A stretch of 64,000 nt of DNA. It comes from Escherichia coli (GTDB lineage Bacteria; Pseudomonadota; Gammaproteobacteria; Enterobacterales; Enterobacteriaceae). A program made the position numbers and the translations under genes. Below are positions 1-7,471 of this stretch, piece after piece; positions within the stretch are counted from its first letter, which is position 1; each line of letters opens with the position of its first letter. Below the pieces are notes generated by a model. It was given only the letters and a program-made list of their open reading frames with translations. It was not told the origin of the DNA and searched no databases. The stretch lies in assembly GCF_030013595.1 (NCBI RefSeq), contig NZ_CP122768.1; one strand, 5' to 3'.

Positions 1-232
1 AGCGGCGGCAAAGTGGCAGCAGCTACAACGCGGAGCCGCAGCGTTCTCCATCACATTGGCACGTGGACGCGCAGAACTCTACCCCGAAATGCATGGCACG
101 GTAACAGGCTTTAAAAGCGAGATTGATAATCAGGACTGGATTATTGCGAAAGCCGAGCACACCATTGATAACAGCGGCTTTACCACGCAGCTTGAGCTTG
201 AGGCAAAAATCCCGGAATGGATAGCAGAATGA
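1..232 (+). CDS. 3' fragment of a phage late/tail gene, probably P2 gpD-like (runs off window start)
   Basis: Open frame from window start to TGA at 230-232 (..FTTQLELEAKIPEWIAE*); plus-strand, immediately upstream of an ogr-like gene as in P2 (D then ogr). Identification from position and weak sequence memory only. Confidence 0.4.
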   Translation, partial: AAAKWQQLQRGAAAFSITLARGRAELYPEMHGTVTGFKSEIDNQDWIIAKAEHTIDNSGFTTQLELEAKIPEWIAE

Positions 233-396
233 GACTCTTAAATGTATTAGTCCAGACACGTACTAGCGGGCTAAACGGCACAGTCTTATCTGACCATCTG
301 CCCCTGACACAGAGCAGACGGTCCTTGATCTTACCCACTAATAATGGACGCGCGACTAATATAATTTATTGCTTTTTATTTATACCTCACTGAGAT

Positions 397-1032
397 TTAG
401 CGAGCTAATATATTCAAAGAATTTAACAATTGAGTGTCGAGTGTTTCAGTTGCAGGAATCGGTAATCCATTCGCAATGCGGTAATTTTTCACAGACAGCC
501 TTGTGGATGGCCCCATTATGCCGTCAATATTTCCGTTATAAAATCCCCTGTCCAGCAATGCGAACTGAACTCGCATAATCAATCGCTTACGTTTCTCTGC
601 ATCAGAAGCAAGCCCATTACTCGTACGGTTAACCTCTGAAGTTCCAACAGAACTCGTGTTAGTGGTTCTATTATTATCGTTAGAACGAAGTGCACGCACC
701 GAGGAAGAGGACGATGAGGAACTTGCACCTGAACTTGAAGAACCAGATGAACTTGGTGAGCTGTATGTTTTTGGATAATAGGGGGTACTTCCACCATAGT
801 ATCCACCACCTGATGAGGATCTATGAGAGCTATGGCTCCTATGAGAACTATGGCTTCGATGCCCTGCGATATAAAATGGGACTTCCGTGTTAAGTGGAGC
901 TATCACTAAATCATGCTCATTAAGAGTCATACCAGGTAAATCACTCGCTCCTGTAGATGAATCGCTTGCCCATACAGAATTGTTGAGAGCCAAAAATCCC
1001 GGAAGTAGAGCAGCAAAATTAAACTTTTTCAT
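397..1032 (-). CDS. hxsA: HxsA-type His-Xaa-Ser repeat protein (signal peptide, tandem H-x-S triplets, Ser/Gly/Tyr-rich tract, C-terminal peptidoglycan-binding domain)
   Basis: Translation from MKKFNFAALLPGFLALNNSVWA (Sec-like signal) contains HRSHSSHRSHSSHRS, then SSPSSSGSSSSGASSSSSSSS, then a PG_binding_1-like C-terminus (LLDRGFYNGNIDGIMGPSTRLSVKNYRIANGL). Start ATG overlaps upstream gene stop (ATGA). Confidence 0.8.
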   Translation of the reverse strand: MKKFNFAALLPGFLALNNSVWASDSSTGASDLPGMTLNEHDLVIAPLNTEVPFYIAGHRSHSSHRSHSSHRSSSGGGYYGGSTPYYPKTYSSPSSSGSSSSGASSSSSSSSVRALRSNDNNRTTNTSSVGTSEVNRTSNGLASDAEKRKRLIMRVQFALLDRGFYNGNIDGIMGPSTRLSVKNYRIANGLPIPATETLDTQLLNSLNILAR

Positions 1033-2141
1033 AAAATTGGTCTCGGTGATTGATGAAAACGGCCTTTTGAGGAACTGAAATAGCCAGCACAGGAAGGCTT
1101 CTGAGTACATTCATCACATTCTTTTGGATAGTAATTTTTCCAATCAGAGATCGACTGAACAGCAAGCTCCCTAGCCCTTTCAGGAAGATAACACAAAGGA
1201 TAATTAAAAATTGTCAGAGGTATGCCTGACCTGTATGCAGCGTCTATGGCAGAGATTATTTTCTCACTATAACTACTGTGATCAATGAAGATGGTGGACC
1301 AGTTTTTTCGTGCCCAACCGATAGGCTCCAACCCCATAAGGGAAATCTGATTGATGTTGGAGAACACACGGCCAGCGAATTCTACGATATCATCCAATTC
1401 GGTATAGTTAGCCAGTGTAGGAATAACTCTAAGTTCGATATTAATCCCCAAGTTTCCTGCATTGATTAACCCTTTAACCGTTTCATTAAATGCGCCATCA
1501 CTCCCTACCAGATGATCATGCACAAGTGGTCTTGATGAGTAGAGCGGGATACCAAAGGTGATTTTGATCTTTTTGCTTCGCTTTGCCATTTCCTGTGTAA
1601 AGTTGGTATCAGCAAATTTGCGTCCGTTTGTTAAAACATGTAAAGCAGTATCTGGTGAATTCTCGATGATAAAATCAATGAAGTGAAGGAAGTCATCCCC
1701 ATATAGCAAAGGTTCACCACCGCTGACCCCAACAACTCCGTTCAAGCCAAATGAAGCTATAGCAAGAGCTGATTGGGTAAGTAGCCAGTCATCATTTATT
1801 TTCTTTGGTGGCTGCGAACAAAACAGACACAAGTTATTGCAGCGTTCCGTAACTAAGACAGTATTATGATTGGCTTTGCGTGACAGAATAACGCGTATCA
1901 TATTGCCATTGTTGATTATCCCAATATCTCCATCTTCAATTGACTCAAATAATTCAGTGCTAATAACAGAGAAATCAAAGCATGGTGGAATGGCATCATT
2001 ATTGCCTTCAGCAACTACTAGCAAATTGGGCAAAAAGAATAAAGGGTTCACTGGTTTTTGTTTGCATAACCGATAGAACCCCGTGGGCACGTTCTCTGTA
2101 GAAGCAAAATGAAAGATATCGTTCCTGATAACCTCAGACAT
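1029..2141 (-). CDS. Radical SAM maturase of the His-Xaa-Ser system (HxsB/HxsC-type; which of the two is not resolved)
   Basis: 370 aa ORF with CNNLCLFC (CxxxCxxC radical SAM cluster) and a C-terminal Cys-rich region (CDECTQKPSCAGY); sits between the other rSAM gene and hxsA with overlapping stop/start codons. Confidence 0.8.
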   Translation of the reverse strand: MSEVIRNDIFHFASTENVPTGFYRLCKQKPVNPLFFLPNLLVVAEGNNDAIPPCFDFSVISTELFESIEDGDIGIINNGNMIRVILSRKANHNTVLVTERCNNLCLFCSQPPKKINDDWLLTQSALAIASFGLNGVVGVSGGEPLLYGDDFLHFIDFIIENSPDTALHVLTNGRKFADTNFTQEMAKRSKKIKITFGIPLYSSRPLVHDHLVGSDGAFNETVKGLINAGNLGINIELRVIPTLANYTELDDIVEFAGRVFSNINQISLMGLEPIGWARKNWSTIFIDHSSYSEKIISAIDAAYRSGIPLTIFNYPLCYLPERARELAVQSISDWKNYYPKECDECTQKPSCAGYFSSSKGRFHQSPRPIL

Positions 2142-3522
2142 ATGCCCATCCTTTTAGCATCTCAGCCTTCGAACCACCCTCTGAGATGCAGTTCATCAGA
2201 TACCTGAACATCCCCTTGTGATATTGACAAAACGTTGAACGACTCCTATCACCGACAGGCTCACCCTGTACACTTATGTTCTGGCATGGATCTGAACCAC
2301 AAAATGGTTGATATGCACATGTATCACAACCTGGCAGAGCAAAATTGAACGATGAACTCAATACTGCGTTATAGTAAGGACTATCAGAAAATGATAGCGT
2401 CTTAACTTCACCCGCACTGAACTCCGTTTCAGGATTCACCTTCTGCAACATACGGCTCTCATCGCTACCATATACTCGACCGTCATAATTGAAAAGAATA
2501 CTGTTAAGCACGACTCCACTTGGAGACTTTAAATCCGCATAACCACTAAAACCGGGATTGAAGATCCTTTTCAGATGAATGGAGGCCGAATGTTCCACAA
2601 CCCTTATCCCTTCATTATTAATCTTAAGGATTTCATCTATCAACGAGGCATAGAAGCTGAAGTATTCGTCCATAGAAAAGGTGAAAGAAGCTTTTTGTGC
2701 AAACCCATAGGGACTAACAGGTCGGATAAACATGTCCTTGAGACCAAGAGACAAGTGAGCCTGAACAATCGATTCAGGACGTCTGATAAGCTCTTTAGTA
2801 ACTGTAGTAACCGTTGCAACGCGGCCAGCACCTAAAGAGTGTTTGATAGCCTCTACCCCTGACACTGTTCTACTGTACGCAAGCCCACGACCAAGAATTC
2901 GATTACTGTTGTGAACAACTTCCTCACCATCAAGCGACACAGAGAACGTTATGTTCCGGTCTCTCGACCATTCAATCATATCCTCATTCAAGACAGACAG
3001 ACTTGATGCCACCACCATCTCAAAATTGGTTCTTCCCAGCGTTTCAGCACATTGATCATAGATGCTCTGAATTAAATCAAACCGCAAGAGAGGCTCCCCA
3101 CCCTGTATCTCTATTTTGTAAGGTGGCGTTGATAGTTTTTTAATAGCCGAAATAATATCGGGGATGAGCTCAGGATTTAGGTCGTAACCTGAGGCATTAA
3201 CAGAAGCTCTACTAACCTGGCAATACTTGCATGTATGGTCACAACGTAATGTGGGTACAATCATGAAAATTGGCCTGACAGCCAGTTCATTCATCAATCG
3301 TTTTGCAAAAGCAGAACTTAAAGCATAGGGAGTTATAGCAGATGAGCTTTCACTGGTTATGAAAAGCTTACTTTCTAGCACGTTTGATTGCTCCGAACTA
3401 ATTCGCTCATCAGAAAGATCAATAAGGTCTTGCTCACCAATGAAATGATGAAAACCTGCAAGGTTGCTTATAAACACCTGTCCATTAGGCAATCTGTCAA
3501 AATTAAATGGCATCAATTCCAT
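2134..3522 (-). CDS. Radical SAM/SPASM-type maturase of the His-Xaa-Ser system (HxsB/HxsC-type)
   Basis: 462 aa ORF with CDHTCKYC radical SAM motif and C-terminal auxiliary-cluster cysteines (CDTCAYQPFCGSDPCQ...FCQ); stop overlaps next gene start by 8 nt; start overlaps hxsD stop (TAATG). Confidence 0.8.
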   Translation of the reverse strand: MELMPFNFDRLPNGQVFISNLAGFHHFIGEQDLIDLSDERISSEQSNVLESKLFITSESSSAITPYALSSAFAKRLMNELAVRPIFMIVPTLRCDHTCKYCQVSRASVNASGYDLNPELIPDIISAIKKLSTPPYKIEIQGGEPLLRFDLIQSIYDQCAETLGRTNFEMVVASSLSVLNEDMIEWSRDRNITFSVSLDGEEVVHNSNRILGRGLAYSRTVSGVEAIKHSLGAGRVATVTTVTKELIRRPESIVQAHLSLGLKDMFIRPVSPYGFAQKASFTFSMDEYFSFYASLIDEILKINNEGIRVVEHSASIHLKRIFNPGFSGYADLKSPSGVVLNSILFNYDGRVYGSDESRMLQKVNPETEFSAGEVKTLSFSDSPYYNAVLSSSFNFALPGCDTCAYQPFCGSDPCQNISVQGEPVGDRSRSTFCQYHKGMFRYLMNCISEGGSKAEMLKGWAYV

Positions 3523-3836
3523 TATGAAAGCCTCTCATCAACACTGCGAAGCACTTTATGGACAATAGAGTCTCTCAACGCCCCTGTTTTATGCTGTAGC
3601 TTTTCTCGCAAAGAGTAATCATTAAGCAGCCTATCGAATTCATAAAGGAATTTGGGATTATCGTTTTCAAAAGAGATTATCCAGTGGGAAACGTCTTCAT
3701 GGAGTTTCCATCGAGTAAGCGGAGTCATCCAATATAGACTATTGCGTATAACCCATTCAGAATATAGTTCTTTCTCAAACACTCTTTCGCTCATTGCAAT
3801 TATCTTCCAATACAAATATTCATGATCAGCAACCAC
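3522..3836 (-). CDS. hxsD: HxsD-type small protein carrying the LLNDYxLRE signature
   Basis: 104 aa ORF containing FDRLLNDYSLREKLQ; first gene of the four-gene minus-strand operon. True start may be an internal Met (MSERVF). Confidence 0.75.
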   Translation of the reverse strand: MVADHEYLYWKIIAMSERVFEKELYSEWVIRNSLYWMTPLTRWKLHEDVSHWIISFENDNPKFLYEFDRLLNDYSLREKLQHKTGALRDSIVHKVLRSVDERLS

Positions 3837-3871
3837 TTTAAAGCGGATTTTTCCTATGGCAACAATAATAT

Positions 3872-3974
3872 AACATATCCATAGATATGTTACAGATGCC
3901 TTGTTTCCCGTTGACTAATACATCACAACGTTAGTAATGGCTATCACAATTGTGAACTTCCACTTTTCACACAA
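3872..3974. promoter_or_regulatory. Divergent hxsD/ogr control region with two dyad-symmetric elements
   Basis: AACATAT-N6-ATATGTT palindrome at 3872-3891 and TGTGAA-N9-TTCACA dyad at 3954-3974, both in the 210-bp gap between divergent hxsD and ogr starts. Confidence 0.3.
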
Positions 3975-4046
3975 GACAAGCTGTTAATTGGAATCTGTAT
4001 CAGTACAACTTAGAATATCGGAAGCACCACAGTAAGGGAGGTCGCT

Positions 4047-4307
4047 ATGTTCCGTTGTCCGCTTTGTGGCGCATCCGCCCGAATCCGCACCAGTCGTCCG
4101 GAAAATGATTCAAACACCGTGCGGCAAAAGTATTACCAATGTAACAACCTAGAATGCGGCGTATGCTTCTCAACACTGGAAGCTTTCCATAAATTCACAT
4201 CAAAACACGCCTCCGGCGCTCACTCTTCAGAAGGTATCCCGTGGCATGAACTGCCAGCTTCACACAAAGGAAACAATCAGATGAGTTTGCCCTTACCTCA
4301 AAATTAA
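4047..4307 (+). CDS. ogr: Ogr/Delta-family zinc-finger late-gene transcription activator
   Basis: MFRCPLCGASARIRTSR...YYQCNNLECGVCF matches the P2 Ogr pattern (MFHCPLC..ARTSR...YHQCQNVNCSATF); C-terminally extended relative to P2 Ogr. Confidence 0.75.
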   Translation: MFRCPLCGASARIRTSRPENDSNTVRQKYYQCNNLECGVCFSTLEAFHKFTSKHASGAHSSEGIPWHELPASHKGNNQMSLPLPQN

Positions 4308-4367
4308 CAGGCAGAATTGCCGGAGTAACAAAAAAGAGATAGATTACGCGCGGGTGCCTTTCGGCTG

Positions 4368-4631
4368 ATGGTCGGAGGGAATACCCGAAGGCCAGATGTG
4401 GAAAGGCCCCGGAAAACATTTCTGTTTAACCGAGGCCCTAACCGCATTACCTTGACAAGTGAAAGGTTAGCGCCTCTCCGGAAAAGGAGCAAGTGCTATG
4501 TCGCAAAAATCGCTTACGGCCATCATGTTCTGCGTGACGGCAATCCTCATCATCTGGATGTTGCACGGTTCGCTGTGCGAAATACGGATGAGATTCTGGG
4601 GAGCGGAGTTTGCGGCGTTCTTACAGTGTAA
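4368..4631 (+). CDS. mok-like reading frame overlapping hok (translational coupling frame of a hok/sok locus)
   Basis: 87-codon ORF in a different frame that starts upstream of and overlaps the hok-like frame, the arrangement typical of mok. Confidence 0.4.
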   Translation: MVGGNTRRPDVERPRKTFLFNRGPNRITLTSERLAPLRKRSKCYVAKIAYGHHVLRDGNPHHLDVARFAVRNTDEILGSGVCGVLTV

Positions 4632-4638
4632 GCAGTAA
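4498..4638 (+). CDS. hok: Hok/Gef-family type I toxin, 46 aa
   Basis: ATG at 4498 preceded by GGAGCA; peptide MSQKSLTAIMFCVTAILIIWMLHGSLCEIRMRFWGAEFAAFLQCKQ has one hydrophobic helix and the Hok-type C-x-T...SLCEIR motif; the 5' element GGGTGCCTT (4352-4360) is complementary to AAGGCACCC (4695-4703), resembling tac/fbi pairing. Confidence 0.7.
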   Translation: MSQKSLTAIMFCVTAILIIWMLHGSLCEIRMRFWGAEFAAFLQCKQ

Positions 4639-4724
4639 GGAAACCGCGACGGGGGAGCAATCCCCCGTCAATCGGTTGCCAGGGTAAGGTCGATAAGGCA
4701 CCCTATCTCACAGACATGAACAAC

Positions 4725-4760
4725 AAACCCGCAACGTAAAAACTGCGGGTTTTCTTTTTG
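4725..4760 (+). terminator. Rho-independent terminator downstream of hok
   Basis: aaacccgcaacgtaaaaactgcggguuu hairpin followed by a T-run. Confidence 0.6.
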
Positions 4761-4902
4761 GTGTCCTTACTGACTTGAAACGGTGATCAGACTATAAGAC
4801 AAAGCCCACAATGTAGCGGGCTTACTCCCCTCTCCCTCCACTGAATGTGGACACATGGTGGAACGAAGATATATAAAACATTATAAATCAATCGGTTACT
4901 GA

Positions 4903-4928
4903 AAGAAAAAAGGCCGCAGAGCGGCCTT
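4903..4928 (-). terminator. Rho-independent terminator ending the minus-strand lambdoid gene set
   Basis: aggccgcagagcggcct hairpin with an A-run on plus strand (T-run on minus strand) immediately 3' of the ORF ending at 4949. Confidence 0.55.
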
Positions 4929-4948
4929 TATGGTTTATTGACAATTGA

Positions 4949-5164
4949 TTAAGACGTGTGGCACTTATTGGCACACCAATAGCAACCATTCACCCGGGAA
5001 TATCCTTTGGCCTTTGCCTCTGTTACCGCCGAAGAACAATCACTATAGTAACCAAGGTAATCGCGGTTAGCTACAGCAGGAAGATATGAACATTCCTCAG
5101 CATGCACCTCATGATCGCCATTGCTCTGAGCATTTTTGTTCACGTAATAGTGTTTAAAAACCAT
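4949..5164 (-). CDS. Hypothetical small Cys-rich phage protein
   Basis: 71 aa ORF, terminator immediately downstream; no family recognised. Confidence 0.4.
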   Translation of the reverse strand: MVFKHYYVNKNAQSNGDHEVHAEECSYLPAVANRDYLGYYSDCSSAVTEAKAKGYSRVNGCYWCANKCHTS

Positions 5165-5287
5165 TGTATAACTCCATGTTGACGCTGATATTCAGCATTA
5201 ACATGCTATATCACCAATTACACAAACATAAGCTTGTTATTTCAATTAGTTGATAACGATCACCACTGAACTTTGGCCTTGCGAAAT

Positions 5288-5497
5288 TCAAATGTTTTTC
5301 TGACTATTATTGGGCCGATAAACAGATATTATTTGAGCGTTTTGGTTCATTACATAAGCAATATCTCCATCTTTCAGAATGACTTTCCCATCCTTTCCCG
5401 ATACGGCAATACTCCGCTGCTCAGGATGATAGCCAATGCTACGCCCGCAATGGATCTCTTCCCCACCATTTTGAGACATGACTTTTACAGTTAACAT
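5288..5497 (-). CDS. Hypothetical small phage protein
   Basis: 69 aa ORF; no family recognised. Confidence 0.35.
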   Translation of the reverse strand: MLTVKVMSQNGGEEIHCGRSIGYHPEQRSIAVSGKDGKVILKDGDIAYVMNQNAQIISVYRPNNSQKNI

Positions 5498-5584
5498 TTT
5501 TCTGCTCCTATTTAGATGCCCTTTCCATCCGGGCCACTGTTCAAAGTAAATTTAGATTCAACAATATTCTGCTCTTACAGGCGA

Positions 5585-5767
5585 TCAGTTCTGCATACAC
5601 TGCCGAACACCGTCGACAATTTCACAGACCTGAGAAGCTGTATCGAAAAGCTGGCGCGCCTTATCCAGGCTGACGCATCCCACCAGGAAAAAAGGCACCA
5701 GTATCGCTACCAGTGCCCATTTCGCCGCCGTTCGCGGCATTCTGTGTGTCCAGTGTTTTCGCTTCAT
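5585..5767 (-). CDS. Small predicted lipoprotein (possible o-spanin or exclusion lipoprotein)
   Basis: MKRKHW... with hydrophobic signal and lipobox LVGC; lies downstream of the lysis cassette. Confidence 0.4.
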   Translation of the reverse strand: MKRKHWTHRMPRTAAKWALVAILVPFFLVGCVSLDKARQLFDTASQVCEIVDGVRQCMQN

Positions 5768-6266
5768 CTCACTATCCACCAATCAATCCGGATAAGCTCA
5801 ATACTCGCCAGGCGGTGGAAATGAAAATGGCAACCAACATTGCTGAAAATGAAAGGCCAACAACCACACAGAGAATTCGCGCCAGTTTTATAATGCTATC
5901 TGACATATTTACCCCTGCCCCACTTACGATTTCACAGCAATGAGCAATTTTGCCATCCCATACAGCATCGGAGACACAGCGATACCGACCGCCACCCACT
6001 TAATGGCAAAAGCCACCGCTCTGCTGATGTCATCAGTTACAGGCGCTTTCAATTCAAGGCCGTTTTTCATAGTCAACCTCAACAGAATTAGTTTATACTT
6101 CCTCATGTTCTCCTTTGCCTTACCCAAGGCCAGAAACAGAAAACCCCGGACTGTTACCGCAGCCGGGGTTTTTGCTATCTGATGCTATGCCCCTTACTTT
6201 CGCTCATCGTAGCCCCAGAAAAGAGCCTGCATGAGTTGAGGGTGTTCAGCACTTCAGTGTCAGTTT

Positions 6267-6812
6267 TTAAACCACCACGCGCTCTTTCATCCAGCCATAG
6301 ACAAACGACTCATTGGCCTCGCGTTTCTCTGCCAGCTCCAGATAACGCTCGCCCTGCGTACAGTTCAGGGCTTTCACCAGTACCAGTTCACCATCCCTGC
6401 TGCGATTTTTCAGATATGCCCGTAATGCATTAAGAGTACGCGGCCCGATGCGTCCATCAGCATCCATATCCGGATAGAGTTTCCCGCGCAGGTTGAAAAC
6501 GTTCAGCCAGCGCTGAAGCATTCTGGACGCCACAGTTGGCCCCATGTTCACGCCCGTATCGCACAACTCTGCGGCAATATCCGGAGACAGGTCCTCAACC
6601 TGGTCGAATCGTGGTCCGTACCAGTAGTCCGCCTCGAGTATTTCCAGCGCCTGCCCACGCGTCAGGTCACGCATATCGCCCTGATAACCGTGTGCACGGG
6701 CAACTTTTTCAGTGATGCCCCATTTAGTCGGACCACCTTTATCATCCGGGTGATTGACGTAACCGCCCTCTTTTCCCAGAATTTCGTCAAAAATTTCATC
6801 TTTCGACTTCAT
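6267..6812 (-). CDS. Endolysin, GH108-like muramidase with peptidoglycan-binding region
   Basis: MKSKDEIFDEILGKEGGYVNHPDDKGGPTKWGITE N-terminus typical of GH108 lysozyme-like phage proteins; follows two holin-like membrane genes. Confidence 0.65.
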   Translation of the reverse strand: MKSKDEIFDEILGKEGGYVNHPDDKGGPTKWGITEKVARAHGYQGDMRDLTRGQALEILEADYWYGPRFDQVEDLSPDIAAELCDTGVNMGPTVASRMLQRWLNVFNLRGKLYPDMDADGRIGPRTLNALRAYLKNRSRDGELVLVKALNCTQGERYLELAEKREANESFVYGWMKERVVV

Positions 6813-6813
6813 A

Positions 6814-7104
6814 TCAGCGCCTTCGTAATACAAGGATTTTTGATACGTTCCCGCGTGCTCGTATCACCAGCACGCAGAACACCAGGTTAATCAGGACGAC
6901 CAGCCAGTTACCGGGAGGAAAGCGACCACACAGATAACAAAGCGGCGCAAAGGCATAAAGCAGCATCAGCAGCCAGGCCAGCCACGACATCAGCGGTTTA
7001 TGTCTCGACTCACCACGACGATAAAAAAAGAGCGTCAGCACGATAACCGTGCTTAACACCACATTCAGTAATCCGGGAAGGTTACTTAACATTACCGCCT
7101 CCAC
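6814..7104 (-). CDS. Small multi-pass membrane protein, holin/antiholin-like
   Basis: 96 aa, strongly hydrophobic segments, wedged between holin-like gene and endolysin. Confidence 0.45.
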   Translation of the reverse strand: MEAVMLSNLPGLLNVVLSTVIVLTLFFYRRGESRHKPLMSWLAWLLMLLYAFAPLCYLCGRFPPGNWLVVLINLVFCVLVIRARGNVSKILVLRRR

Positions 7105-7471
7105 CCCGCAGACGGGAGAACAGCCCGGATACCAGCGATGCGATATCCTGCTGGTGGATGAATGAGAGAATCTTCACCGACACCACCGATACCAGTACCG
7201 CACAAAGCGCGTCGAGAGATGTGCTGTGGAGATTCAATTTTTCGACCAGCCAGGACGCAAGGACATCCGCCCCCAGCACGCCAACAATGAACGACACCAG
7301 AAAATGCGCCGCCACACGCCAGACAGAAATCACCTGTGGCATCGTGGCCACAAACAACGCCCCGGCAAACGCGCCAAACACAATCCCGAAATCCGTCCCG
7401 GTAAACAGCCCGAATACCGTCGCCCCGCCGAGCGCCACAGCAGTGCTGGAACCGGATAAGGGTTCAGACAT
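7082..7471 (-). CDS. Holin-like membrane protein
   Basis: Start MSEPLSG at 7471 with GGAGAA RBS; Gly/Ala-rich transmembrane segments; first gene of the lysis cassette. Confidence 0.5.
   Translation of the reverse strand: MSEPLSGSSTAVALGGATVFGLFTGTDFGIVFGAFAGALFVATMPQVISVWRVAAHFLVSFIVGVLGADVLASWLVEKLNLHSTSLDALCAVLVSVVSVKILSFIHQQDIASLVSGLFSRLRGGGGNVK

Larger units (their letters stand above)
1..4340. mobile_element. Right end of a P2-like prophage late region (gpD, Hxs cargo, ogr); left boundary outside window
   Basis: gpD-like fragment and ogr on plus strand with AT-rich cargo between them. Confidence 0.45.

Noticed and set aside
23-259. 78-aa minus-strand ORF
   Set aside because: Antisense to the open plus-strand gpD-like frame that reaches the stop at 230-232; likely spurious.
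579-1078. ORFs 579-809 (minus), 690-893 (plus) and 887-1078 (plus)
   Set aside because: Alternative-frame ORFs through the repetitive Ser/His-rich hxsA coding region; low-complexity DNA produces open frames in several phases.
4640-4950. P2-type att core in the gap after hok
   Set aside because: Only an 8-nt partial resemblance (TAAGCCCG) to the P2 core as I remember it; insufficient to call an att site.
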